Below are positions 1 through 17,400 of a DNA stretch of 64,000 nt, one piece after another. Origin of the DNA: Eledone cirrhosa (lineage: Eukaryota). Each line of letters begins with the position of its first letter. Within the stretch, counting starts at the first letter, position 1. Location of the stretch: assembly GCA_964016885.1 (NCBI GenBank), contig OZ024741.1, forward strand, positions 370,884,001 to 370,948,000. Reading direction: 5' to 3'. Position numbers and translations under genes: made by a program. The notes beneath the pieces are model-generated. The model saw only the letters and a list, made by a program, of their open reading frames with translations, was not told the origin of the DNA and made no database searches.

Positions 1-110
1 AAAAGAAGCACCTTCCTGGTCGGCGAAGCCCTAATTATCATTTTCGGGTTTCCCTTGAGGAGGAAAATCAGGGTGGAGAGGGAAATGCTATCTTCCAACC
101 ACTTTGGGTG
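1..110 (+). mobile_element. Possible degenerate C-terminal end of an L1/Tx1-clade LINE ORF2
   Basis: With one frameshift it translates as KRSTFLVGEALIIIFGFPL/RRKIRVEREMLSSNHF, resembling the ...FLSG..LI.FF.FHL.RK.RVERE.LS... tail I recall from Tx1-like ORF2s. Short and unverified. Confidence 0.35.
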
Positions 111-613
111 AGAAATTATAAGCAGGGCCCGACTGAATGGACCTGTAGACCTGAGGACAGTTCACTGCCAATAAATTAGGGATCCATACACACGAAAGAT
201 CCTTCTTAGCCAACATATAAAGGAACATGGAGGGTGAAATTTACCAAATTTCAATGTCTTCCCATTATACCAATGTTGTCAGTCAGCATAAGAGGAAAAA
301 TGCATTGGCAAAGAAGTTTTTATACAAAAAATTAGGCCAAAGCCTCTTTGCGCACATAATATCTGGTAACACCTGAGTTACGTCCCTTTTCAAGGTTTGT
401 ATTTTTTCCTCGACATAAGGGACAAAGATAGAACCAGTTGCGTACCTTGTTTTAACAAAAACATAAGTGACAATAACACTACGAATTGAAACTTAGTAAA
501 TTGGACATGAAAAAACTTCTGAAAAGCTGTTTTAAACGAAACCGGTCAAGTACAAAAGTACAAAAACTATTCTTATATGACACGTTTTGTATAGAAATCC
601 TTAATCTTCCAAC

Positions 614-616
<3 letters not shown>

Positions 617-701
<85 letters not shown>
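617..701. repeat. (CT)n microsatellite
   Basis: Perfect TC dinucleotide run of ~85 bp. Confidence 0.98.
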
Positions 702-705
<4 letters not shown>

Positions 706-829
706 ATATATATATATTTATTTATTAGAAATAATTTCTCGAGACAATTGCTTGCTTGCTAGCTAAAGTTTCAAACCTACTCTAGCATAGGTCATAGAGA
801 CACTAACACAAAAACAATGGGGTTGAGAT

Positions 830-1400
830 CTATACGTATGATGTGTTCCTGGATTCATAGACGGTCTAGAGATATTCACATCACTATCCTTCTCTTCTTT
901 ACCTTTGCCAGGCCCCACCATGAATACAGTTGCCCACTGTGGTCCCCTCACACGAAACTAAATATTATGAAAATTACAAAAACAATCAATGGCGTAACAG
1001 GCCTTGATTATTGGAGTCGACTAGAAAAACTCAAACTCAAACTCTCCAAATCTGCCGTGAGTGCTATATCTGTATGGCGTGCAAAATATTACATCAATAT
1101 TGTCCAGATGATATTGGCATCAACTTTAAAATATACCCGAGGATTAGTCTCCATAATATCCGCCCACTACAAAAGTCGACTCCACATTATGACACATCTA
1201 ATTCCGTGAATACAGGTCATGTAGCTTAGGCATATCATCAGATAATTATCACATTGTCTTAGAGAGTCGCACTCGTGTTGTACAAGTTTTTGCCACAATA
1301 AGCCATGATGTACAGATGTCTCTTTTACAATCTTCTCATCTGTCGTTTTATCAGTCCAACCAATGCAGGCCAGGACACAGAAATCTTGGCACCATATAGA
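830..1400 (+). mobile_element. Decayed CR1/L2-type LINE, reverse transcriptase C-terminal region
   Basis: ORF 817..1209 contains LFFTFARPHHEYSCPLWSPH and TKTINGVTGLDYWSRLEKLKL. The overlapping frame 1011..1229 continues LQICRECYICMACKILHQYCP. Together they match the CR1-like pattern RPHLEYC..WSP / Y.ERL..L.L.SLQ.RR.R. Frameshifted. Confidence 0.75.
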
Positions 1401-1691
1401 CATTGCACTATGGCTAAAGTTATTGGAGTTTCTTGCGAATTTGCGCCAATGAAATATCCCTACGTATGTAGTTTCGTCCCCTCGGGAGATGTAGTATAGG
1501 AGGGAATAATCGTGGTTCCCCAGTTATTTGTGCTGATGTGTACTATGCTGGGGTGTTGTAGGGTCTTATGCTTGTCTTTTGTTGTTGGGTTTAATTGTCA
1601 CTTCCAATCACACAGGTGGATGTTGACTTGCTGGAATGATTGAGGTGATGTTCAGACGGCAATCATCTAACAAGATGAAGCAAGCATCATA

Positions 1692-2292
<601 letters not shown>

Positions 2293-2446
2293 CATCCACA
2301 CCACTAATTTCCTAGCCATTGTCTGGTGAACCAAAAGAAAAAAAAACATGAGACGCTGAAAACTCATCAGAAGTCATCTCTAGAATATTGAATACTCTCC
2401 CCACATCACCACTACATACCAAGTATATAACACAAAACTAATATTC

Positions 2447-5400
2447 ACCTCCACCAACAACACTAACACCAACAACACCAACACCATCAACAACACCAAC
2501 ACCATCAACACCACCAACGACAACACCAACAACACTAACACCACCAACACCTCCAGCAACAACACTAACACCACCAACACCTCCACCAACAACACTAACA
2601 CCACCAACACCTCCACCAACGACACTAACACCACCAACACCACCAACGACAACACTAACACCACCAACACCTCCACCAACAATACTAACACCACCAACAC
2701 CACCAACACCACCAACACCACCAACACCACCAACAACACTAACACCACCAACACCACCACCAACAACACTAACACCACCAACACCACCGAAACCACCAAC
2801 AACACTAACACCACCAACACCACCACAAACAACACTAACACCACCAACACCTCCACCAACAACACTAATACCATCAACACCACCATCAACAACACTAACA
2901 CCACCAATACCACCAACAACAACACTAACACCACCAACACCACCACCAACAACGCTAACACCACCAACACCACCACCAACAACACTAACACCACCAACAC
3001 CTCCACCAACAACACTAAAACCACCAACACCACCACCAACGACACTAAAACCACCAACACCACCACCAGCAACACTAACACCATCAACACCACCATCAAC
3101 AACACTAAAACCACCAACACCACCACCAACAACACTAACACCACCAACACCTCCACCAACAACACTAACACCATCAACACCACCATCAACAACACTAAAA
3201 CCACCAACACCACCACCAACAACACTAATACCATCAACACGACCATCAACAACACTAACACCACCAACACCAACACCAACAACACTAATACCACCAACGC
3301 CACCAACAACACTAACACCACCAACACCACCAACAACAACACTAACACCACCAACACCTCCACCAACAACACTAATACCACCAACACCACCAACACTACT
3401 AACACCACCAACACCACCAACAACAACACTAACACCACCAACACCTCCACCAACAACACTAATACCACCAACACCACCAACGACAAAACTAACACCACCA
3501 ACACAACCAACAACAACACTAACACCACCAACACCACCATCAACAACACTAACACCACCAACACCTCCACCAACAAGACTAACACCACCAACACCTCCAC
3601 CAACAACACTAACACCACCAACACCTCCACCAACAACACTAACACCACCAACACCTCCACCAACAACACTAACAACACAAACACCTCCACCAACAACACT
3701 AACACCACCAACACCTCCACCAACAACACTAAAACCACCAACACCTCCAGCAACAACACTAACACCACCAACACCACCAACAACAACACTAACACCACCA
3801 ACACCACCACCAACAACACTAACACCACCAACACCTCCACCAACAACACTAAAACCACCAACACCTCCAGCAACAACACTAACACCACCAACACCTCCAC
3901 CAACAACACTAATACCACCAACACCACCAACAACACTAATACCACCAATACCACCAACGACAACACTAACACCACCAACACAACCAACAACAACACTAAA
4001 ACCACCAACACCACCATCAACAACACTAACACCACCAACACCTCCACCAACAACACTAACACCACCAACACCTCCACCAACAACACTAACACCACCAACA
4101 CCTCCACCAACAACACTAACACCACCAACACCTCCACCAACAACACTAACACCATCAACACCACCATCAACAACACTAACACCACCAACACCTCCACCAA
4201 CAACACTAACACCACCAATACCACCAACGACAACACTAACACCAACAACACCTCCACCAACAACACTAAAACCACCAACACCACCAACAACAACACTAAT
4301 ACCATCAACACGACCATCAACAACACTAACACCACCAACACCTCCACCAACAACACTAACACCACCAATACCACCAGCGACAACACTAACACAACCAACA
4401 CCACCATCAACAACACTAACACCACCAACACCTCCACCAACAACACTAATACCACCAACGCCACCAACAACACTAACACCACCAACACCACCAACAACAA
4501 CACTAACACCACCAACACCTCCAGCAACAACACTAACACCACCAACACCACCAACAACAACACTAACACCACCAACACCTCCAGCAACAACACTAACACC
4601 ACCAACACCTCCACCAACAACACTAACACCACCAACACCTCCAGCAACAACACTAACACCACCAACACCACCAACAACAACACTAACACCACCAACACCT
4701 CCACCAACAACACTAATACCACCAACACCACCAACACTACTAACACCACCAACACCACCAACAACAACACTAACACCACCAACACCTCCACCAACAACAC
4801 TAATACCACCAACACCACCAACGACAAAACTAACACCACCAACACAACCAACAACAACACTAACACCACCAACACCACCATCAACAACACTAACACCACC
4901 AACACCTCCACCAACAACACTAACACCACCAACACCTCCACCAACAACACTAACGCCACCAACACCTCCACCAACAACACTAACACCACCAACACCTCCA
5001 CCAACAACACTAACACCACAAACACCTCCACCAACAACACTAACACCACCAACACCTCCACCAACAACACTAAAACCACCAACACCTCCAGCAACAACAC
5101 TAACACCACCAACACCACCAACAACAACACTAACACCACCAACACCACCACCAACAACACTAACACCACCAACACCTCCAGCAACAACACTAACACCACC
5201 AACACCACCATCAACAACACTAACACCACCAACATCTCCACCAACAACACTAACACCACCAATACCACCAACGACAACACTAACACCACCAACACCTCCA
5301 CCAACAACATTAAAACCACCAACACCATCACCAACACCACCACCAACAACACTAATACCATCAACACCACCACCAACGACACTAAAACCAGGAACACCTC

Positions 5401-8400
5401 CACCAACAACACTAACACCACCAACACCTCCACCAACAACACTAAAACCACAAACACCACCACCAACGACACTAAAACCACCAAAACCTCCACCAACAAC
5501 ACTAACATCACCAACACCACCAACGACAACACTAACACCACCAACACCTCCACCAACAACACTAACACCATCAACGCCTCCACCAACAACACTAACACAA
5601 CCAACACCTCCACCAACAACACTAACACCACCAACACCTCCACCAACAAAACTAACACCACAAACACCACCACCAATGACACTAAAACCACCAACACCTC
5701 CACCAACAACACTAAAACCACCAAAACCTCCAGCAAAAACACTAACAACACCAACACCACCACCAACGACACTAAAACCACCAACACCTCCACCAACAAC
5801 ACTAACACCACCAACACCTCCACCAACAACACTAACACCACCAACACCTCCACCAACAACACTAAAACCACAAACACCACCACCAACGACACTAAAACCA
5901 CCAAAACCTCCACCAACAGCACTAACACCACCAACACCTCGACCAACAACACTAAAACCACAAACACCACAACCAACGACACTAAAACCACCAACACCTC
6001 CACCAACAACACTAACACCACCAACACCTCCACCAACAACACTAACACCACCAATACCTCCACCAACGACACTAAAACCACCAACACCACCACCAACGAC
6101 ACTAAAACCACCAATACCACCAACAACAACACTAACACCACCAACACCTCCACCAACAACACTAACACCACCAACAGCACCACCAACGACGCTAAAACCA
6201 CCAACACCTCCACCAACAACACTAACACCACCAACACCTCCACCAACAACACTAACACCACCAACAAATCCACCAACAACACTAAAACCACCAACACCTC
6301 CACCAACAACACTAACATCACCAACACCACCAACGACAACACTAACACCACCAACACCTCCACCAACAACACTAACACCATCAACGCCTCCACCAACAAC
6401 ACTAACACAACCAACACCTCCACCAACAACACTAACACCACCAACACCTCCACCAACAACACTAACACCACCAACACCACCAACGACAACACTAACACCA
6501 CCAACACCTCCACCGACAACACTAATACCACCAACATCACCAACGACACTAACACCACCAACACCACCACCAACAAAACTAACACCACCAACACCTCCAG
6601 CAACAACACTAACACCACCAACACCACCAACGACAACACTAACACCACCAACACCACCACCCACAACACTAACACCACAAACACTTCCACCAACAACACT
6701 AACACCATGAACAACTCCACCAACAACACTAACAACACCAACACCACCATCCACAACACTAACACCACAAACACCTCCACCAACAACACTAACACCACCA
6801 ACACCACCACCAACAACACTAACACCACCAACACCACCACCAACAACACTAACACCACCAACACCACCACAAACAACACTAACACCACCAACACCTCCAC
6901 CAACAACACTAACACCACCAACACCTCCACCAACAACACTAACACCACCAACACCACTAACGACAACACTAACACCACCAACACCACCAACGACAACACT
7001 AACACCATCAACGCCTCCACCAACAACACTAACACCACCAACACCTCCACCAACAACACTGAATACCACCAACACCTCCACCAACAACACTAACACCACC
7101 AACACCACCAACGACAACACTAACACCACCAACACCTCCACCAACAACACTAATACCACCAACACCACCAACGACACTAACACCACCAACACCACCACCA
7201 ACAACACTAACACCACCAACACCTCCAGCAACAACACTAACACCACCAACACCACCAACGACAACACTAACACCACCAACAGCTCCAGCAACAACACAAA
7301 CACCACCAACACCTCCAGCAACAACACTAACACCACCAACACCACCACCAACGACACTAAAACCACCAATACCACCAACAACAACACTAACACCACCAAC
7401 ACCTCCACCAACAACACTAACACCACCAACAGCACCACCAACGACGCTAAATCCACCAACACCTCCACCAACAACACTAACACCACCAACACCTCCACCA
7501 ACAACACTAACACCACCAACACATCCACCAACAACACTAAAACCACCAACACCTCCACCAACAACACTAACACCACCAACAACACCACCAACAACAGTAA
7601 CACCACCAACACCACCAACAACACTAACACCACCAACACCTCCACCAACAACACTAACACCACCAACACCACCACCAACAACACTAACATCACCAACACC
7701 ACCAACGACAACACTAACACCACCAACACCTCCACCAACAACACTAACACCATCAACACCTCCACCAACAACACTAACACCACCAACGCCTCGACCAGCA
7801 ACACTAACACCACCAACACCTCCACCAACAACACTAACACCACCAACACCACCAACCACAACACTAACTCCACCAACACCTCCACCAACAACACTAATAC
7901 CACCAACACCACCAACGACACTAACACCACCAACACCACCGCCAACAACACTAACACCACCAACACCTCCAGCAACAACACTAACACGACCAACACCACC
8001 AACGACAACACTAACACCACCAACACCACCACCCACAACACTAACACCACAAACACCTCCACCAACAACACTAACACCATGAACACCTCCACCAACAACA
8101 CTAACACCACCAACACCACCACCAACAACACTAACACCACTAACACCACCACCCACAACACTAACACCACCAACACCACCACAAACAACACTAACACCGC
8201 CAACACCTCCACCAACAACACTAACACCACCAACGACAACACTAACACCACCAACACCTCCACTAACAACACTAACACCACCAACAACTCCACCAACAAC
8301 ACTAACACCACCAACACCACCAACGACAACACTAACACCACCAACACCTCCACCAACAACACTAACACCACCAACACCTCCACCAACAACACTAACACCA

Positions 8401-11400
8401 ACAACACCACTAACAACACCACCACTAACACCACCAACACCACCAACGACAACACTAACACCACCAACACCTCCACCAACAACACTAATACCACCAACAC
8501 CACCACCAACAACACTAACACCACCAACACCACCAACGACACTAAAACCACCAACACCTCCACCAACAACACTAACACCACCAACACCTCCACCAACAAC
8601 ACTAATACCACCAAGACCACCACCAACAACACTAACACCACCAACACCACCAACGACACTAAATCCACCAACACCACCACCAACAACACTAACACCACCA
8701 ACACCACCAACGACACTAAATCCAACAACACCACCACCAACAACACTAACACCACCAACACCACCACCACTAACAACACCAACAACACCACCACCAACAA
8801 CACTAACACCACCATCACCACCAACAACACTAACACCACCAACACCACCACCACTAACAACACCACCAACACCACCACCAACAACACTAACACCACCAAC
8901 ACCTCCACCACTAACAACACCACCAACACCACCACCAACAACACTAACACCACCAACACCACCAACAACACTAACACCACCAACACCACCAACGACACTA
9001 AAACCACCAACACCACCACCAACAACACTAACACCACCAACACCACCAACGACACTAAAACCACCAACACCACCACCAACGACACTAACACCACCAACAC
9101 CACCACCACTAACAACACCACTAACACCACCACCAACAACACTAACACCACCAACACCACCAACGACACTAACACCACCAACACCACCACCACTAACAAC
9201 ACCACCAACACCACCACCAACAACACTAACACCACCAACACCACCAACGACAACACTAACACCACCAACACCACCACCAACAACACTAATACCACCAACA
9301 CCACCACCAACAACACTAACACCACCAACACCACCACCAACAACACTAACCCCACCAACACCTCCACCAACAAAATTAACACCACCAACACCACCACCAA
9401 CAACACTAACACCACCAACACCACCAACAACAAAAATAACACCACCAACACCACCACCAACAACACTAACACCACCTACACCACCAACGACAACACTAAC
9501 ACCACCAACACCACCAACGACAACACTAACACCACCAACACTACCACCAACAACACTAAAACCACCAATACCACCACCCACAACACTAACACCACCAACA
9601 CCTCCACCAACAACACTAACACCACCAACACCACCACCAACAACACTAACACCACCAACACCACCACCCACAACACTAACACCACCAACACCACCAACGA
9701 CAACACTAACACCACCAACACCTCCACCAACAACACTAACACTACCAACACCACCAACGACAACACTAACACCACCAACAGCTCCAGCAACAACACAAAC
9801 ACCACCAACACATCCAGCAACAACACTAACACCACCAACACCACCAACGACAAAACTAACGCCACCAACAGCTCCAGCAACAACACAAACACCACCAACA
9901 CCTCCAGCAACAACACTAACACCACCAACACCACCAACGACAACACTAACACCACCAACACCACCAACGACAACACTAACACCACCAACACCTCCAGCAA
10001 CAACACTAACACCACCAACACCACCAACGACAACACTAACACCACCAACACCTCCACCAACAACACTAACACCACCAACACCTCCAGCACAACACTAACA
10101 CCACCAACACCACCAACGACACTAACACCAGCAACACCACCAACGACAACACTAACACCACCAACGCCTCCACCAACAACACTAATTTCCATCAACACCA
10201 CCATCAACAACACAAACACCACCAACACCTCCACCAAAAGCACTAACACCACCAACAACTCCACCAACAACACTAACACCACCAACACCTCCAGCAACAA
10301 CACTAACACCACCAACACCAACACCCACAACACTAACACAACCAACACCTCCAACAACAACACTAAAATCACCAACACCACCACCAACAACACTAAAACC
10401 ACCAACACCACCACCAACAACACTAACACCACAAACACCTCCACCAACAACACAAACACATCACCACCTCCACTAAAAACACTAACACCACCAACACCTC
10501 CACCAACAACACTAACACCACCAACACCACCAACGACAACACTAACACAACCAACACCTCCACCAACAACACTAATACCACCAACACCACCAACGACACT
10601 AACACCACCAACAACACCACCAATGACACTAAAACCACCAAAACCTCCACCAACAACACTAATATCACCAACACCACCACCAAAGACACTAAAACCACAA
10701 ACACCTCCACCAACAAGACTAATATCACCAACACCTCCACCAACAACACTAACACCACCAACACCACCAACGACACTAAATCCACCAACACCACCACCAA
10801 CAACACTAACACCACCAACACCACCACCACTAACAACACCACCAACACCACCACCAACAACACTAACACCACCATCACCACCAACAACACTAATACCACC
10901 AACACCACCACCACTTACAACACCACCAACACCACCACCAGCAACATTAACACCACCAACACCTCCACCAACAACACTAACACCACCAACACCTCCACCA
11001 CTAACAACACCACCAACACCACCACCAACAACACTAACACCACCAACAACAACACCACTAACAATACCACCAACACCACCACCAACAACACTAACACCAC
11101 CAACACCGCCAACGACACTAAAACCACCAACACCACCACCAACAACACTAACACCACCAACACCACCAACGACACTAAAACCACCAACACCACCACCAAC
11201 GACGCTAACACCACCAACACCACCACCACTAACAACACCACCAACACCATCACCAACAACACTAACACCACCAACCCCACCAACGACACTAACACCACCA
11301 ACACCACCACCACTAACAACACCACCGACACCACCACCAACAACACTTACACCACCAACACCACCAACGACAACACTAACACCACCAACACCACCACCAA

Positions 11401-14400
11401 CAACACTAACACCACCAACACCACCAACGACACTAACACCACCAACACCACCAACACTAACAACACCTCCAAAACCACCACCAACAACACTAAAACCACC
11501 AAAACCACCACCAACAACACTAACACCTCCAACACCACCAACGACACTAAAACCACCAACACCTCCACCAACAACACTAACACCACCAACACCTCCACCA
11601 ACAACACTAATACCACCAACACCACAACCAACAACACTAACACCACCAACACCACCATCACTAACAATACCACCAACACCACCACCAACAACACTAACAC
11701 CACCAACACCACCAACGACACTAAAACCACCAACACCACCACCAACAACACTAACACCACCAACACCACAAACGACACTAAAACCACCAACACCACCACC
11801 AACGACACTAACACCACCAACACTACCACCACTAACAACACCACCAACACCACCACCAACAACACTAACACCACCAACACCACCAACAACAAAAATAACA
11901 CCACCAACACCACCACCAACAACACTAACACCACCTACACCACCAACGACAACACTAACACCACCAACACCACCAACGACAACACTAACACCACCAACAC
12001 CACCACCAACAACACTAACACCACCAATACCACCACCCACAACACTAACACCACCAACACCTCCACCAACAACACTAACACCACCAACACCACCACCCAC
12101 AAAATTAACACCACCAACACCACCAATGACAACACTAACACCACCAACAACACCATCATCAACACTAACACCACCAACACCACCAACAACAAAAATAACA
12201 CCACCAACACCACCACCAACAACACCACCACCCACAACACTAACACCACCAACACCACCAACGACAACACTAACACCACCAACACCTCCACCAACAACAC
12301 TAACACCACCAACACCACCAACGACAACACTAACACCACCAACAACTCCAGCAACAACACAAACACCACCAACACCTCCAGCAACAACACTAACACCACC
12401 AACACCACCAACGACAACACTAACACCACCAACACCACCAACGACAACACTAACACCACCAACACCTCCAGCAACAACACTAACACCACCAACACCACCA
12501 ACGACAACACTAACACCACCAACACCTCCACCAACAACACTAACACCACCAACACCTCCAGCAACAACACTAACACCACCAACACCTCCACCAACAACAC
12601 TAACACCACCAATACCTCCACCAACCACACTAACACCACCAACACCACCAACAACACTAACACCACCACCACTAACTACACCACCAACACCACTACCAAC
12701 AACACTAACACCACCAACACAACCAACGACAACACTAACACCACCAACACCACCACCAACAACACTAACACCACCAACACCACCAACGACACTAACACCA
12801 CCAACACCACCAGCACTAACAACACCTCCAACACCACCACCAACAACACTAACACCACCAACACCACCACCAACAACACTAACACCTCCAACACCACCAA
12901 TGACACTAAAACCACCAACACCTCCACCAACAACACTAACACCACCAACACCTCCACCAACAACACTAATACCACCAACACCACCACCAACAACACTAAC
13001 ACCACCAACACCACCATCACTAACAATACCACCAACACCACCACCAACAACACTAACACCACCAACACCACCAACGACACTAAAACCACCAACACCACCA
13101 CCAACAACACTAACACCACCAACACCACCAACGACACTAAAACCACCACCAACGACACTAACACCACCAACACCACCACCAACAACACTAACACCACCAA
13201 CACCACCAACGACAACACTAACACCACCAACACCACCACCAACAACACTAATACCACCAACACCACCACCAACAACACTAACACCACCAACACCACCACC
13301 AACAACACTAACACCACCAATACCTCCACCAACAAAATTAACACCACCAACACCACCACCCACAACACTAACACCACCAACACCACCACCAACAAAAATA
13401 ACACCACCAACACCACCACCAACAACACTAACACCACCAACACCACCAACGACAACACTAACACCACCAACACCACCAACGACAACACTAACACCACCAA
13501 CATTACCACCACCAACGACACTAACACCACCAACACCACCACCACTAACAACAGCACCAACACCACCACCAACAACACTAACACCACCAACACCACCAAC
13601 GACACTAACACCACCAACACCACCACCACTAACAACAGCACCAACACCACCACCAACAACACTAACACCACCAACACCACCAACGACACTAACACCACCA
13701 ACACCACCACCACTAACAACACCACCAACACCACCACCAACAACACTAACACCACCAACACCACCAACGACAACACTAACACCACCAACACCACCACCAA
13801 CAACACTAATACCACCAACACCACCACCAACAACACTAACACCACCAACACCACCACCAACAACACTAACACCACCAATACCTCCACCAACAAAATTAAC
13901 ACCACCAACACCACCACCCACAACACTAACACCACCAACACCACCACCAACAACACTAACACCACCAACACCACCAACAACAAAAATAACACCACCAACA
14001 CCACCACCAACAACACTAACACCACCTACACCACCAACGACAACACTAACACCACCAACACCACCAACGACAACACTAACACCACCAACACCACCACCAA
14101 CAACACTAACACCACCAATACCACCACCCACAACACTAACACCACCAACACATCCACCAACAACACTAACACCACCAACACCACCACCCACAAAATTAAC
14201 ACCACCAACACCACCAATGACAACACTAACACCACCAACAACACCATCATCAACACTAACACCACCAACACCACCAACAACAAAAATAACACCACCAACA
14301 CCACCACCAACAACACTAACACCACCAACACCACCACCCACAACACTAACACCACCAACACCACCAACGACAACACTAACACCACCAACACCTCCAGCAA

Positions 14401-17400
14401 CAACACTAACACCACCAACACCACCAACGACAACACTAACACCACCAACAACACCAACGACAACACTAACACCACCAACACCTCCAGCAACAACACTAAC
14501 ACCACCAACACCACTAACGACAACACTAACACCACCAACACCTCCACCAACAACACTAACATCACCAACACCTCCAGCAACAACACTAACACCACCAACA
14601 CCACCAACGACACTAACACCACCAACACCACCAACGACAACACTAACACCACCACCGCCTCCACCAACAACACTAATACCATCAACACCACCATCAACAA
14701 CACAAACAACACCAACACCTCCACCAAAAGCACTAACACCACCAACACCTCCACCAACAACACTAACACCACCAACACCTCCAGCATCAACACTAACACC
14801 ACCAACACCTCCAGCAACAACACTAAAATCACCAACACCACCACCAACAACACTAAAACCACCAACACCACCACCAACAACACTAACACCACAAACACCT
14901 CCACCAACAACACAAACACATCACCACCTCCACCAACAACACTAACACCACCAACACCACCAACGACAACACTAACACAACCAACACCTCCACCAACAAC
15001 ACTAACACCACCAACACCTCCACCAACAACACTAACACCACCAATACCTCCACCAACCACACTAACACCACCAACACCACCAACGACACTAAAACCACCA
15101 ACACCACCACCAACAACACTAACACCACCAACACCTCCACCAACAACACTAACACCATCAACACCTCCACCAACAACACTAACACCACCAACGACACTAA
15201 AACCCCCAACACCACCACCAACAACACTAACACCACCAACACCACCAACGACACTAAAACCACCAACACCACCACCAACGACACTAACACCACCAACACC
15301 ACCACCAATAACAACACCACCAACACCACCACCAACAACACTAACACCACCAACACCACCAACGACACTAACACCACCAACACCACCACCACTAACAAGA
15401 CCACCAACACCACCACCAACAACACTAACACCACCAACACCACCAACGACAATACTAACACCACCAACACCACCACCAACAACACTAATACCACCAACAC
15501 CACCACCAACAACACTAACACCACCAACACCACCACCAACAACACTAACACCACCAACACCTCCACCAGCAAAATTAACACCACCAACACCACCACCCAC
15601 AACACTAACACCACCAACACCACCACCAACAACACTAACACCACCAACACCACCAACAACAAAATTAACACCACCAACACCACCACCAACAACACTAACA
15701 CCACCTACACCACCAACGACAACACTAACACCACCATCACCACCAACGACAACACTAACACCACCAACACCACCACCAACAACACTAACACCACCAATAC
15801 CACCACCCACAACACTAACACCACCAACACCTCCACCAACAACACTAACACCACCAACACCACCACCCACAAAATTAACACCACCAACACCACCAACGAC
15901 AACACTAACACCACCAACAACACCAACAACAACACTAACACCACCAACACCACCAACAACAAAAATAACACCACCAACACCACCACCAACAACACTAACA
16001 CCACCAACACCACCACCCACAACACTAACACCACCAACACCACCAACGACAACACTAACACCACCAACACCTCCACCAACAACACTAACACAACCAACAC
16101 CACCAACGACAACACTAACACCACCAACACCTCCACCAACAACACTAACACGACCAACAGCTCCAGCAACAACACAAACACCACCAACACCTCCAGCAAC
16201 AACACTAACACCACCAACACCACCAACGACAACACTAACACCACCAACACCACCAACGACAACACTAACACCACCAACACCTCCAGCAACAACACTAATA
16301 CCATCAACACCACCATCAACAACACTAACACCACCAACACCTCCACCAAAAGCACTAACACCACCAACACCTCCACCAACAACACTAACACCACCAACAC
16401 CTCCAGCAACAACACTAACACCACCAACACCAGCACCCACAACACTAACACCACCAACACCTCCAGCAACAACACTAAAACCACCAACACCATCACCAAC
16501 AACACTAACACCACAAACACCTCCACCAACAACACAAACACATCACCACCTCCACCAACAACACTAACACCACCAACACCTCCACCAACAACACTAACAC
16601 CACCAACACCACCAACGACAACACTAACACCACCAACACCTCCACCAACAACACTAACACCACCAACACTTCCACCAACAACACTAACACCACCAATACC
16701 TCCACCAACAACACTAACACCACCAACACCTCCAGCAACAACACTAACACCACAAACACCACCACCCACAACACTAACAGCACAAACACCTCCACCAACA
16801 ACACTAACACCACCTACACCACCACCAACGACACTAACACCACCAACACCTCCACCAACAACACTAACACCACCAACACCACCAACGACACTAAAACCAC
16901 CAACACCACCATCAACAACACTAACACCACCAACACCTCCACCAACAACACTAACAAAAACACCACCAACGACAACACTAACACCACCAACACCTCCACC
17001 AACAACACAAATACCACCAACACCACCGCCAACAACACTAACACCACCAACACCTCCACCAACAAAACTAACACCACCAACACCACCACCAACAACACTA
17101 ACACCACCAACACCACCAACGACACCAAAACCACCAACACCTCCACCAACAACACTAACACCACCAACACCTCCACCAACAACACTAATACCACCAACAC
17201 CACCACCAACAACACTAACACCACCAACACCACCACCACTAACAATACCACCAACACCACCACCAACAACACTAACACCACCAACACCACCAGCGACACT
17301 AAAACCACCAACACCACAACCAACAACACTAACAGCACCAACACCACCAACGACACTAAAACCACCAACACCATCACCAACGACACTAACACCACCAACA

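Noticed and set aside
8079-14945. Naming the 2288-aa ORF as a specific mucin gene (e.g. MUC2)
   Set aside because: Similarity is only compositional; its ATG is a repeat variant inside the array and no diagnostic mucin domains are visible.
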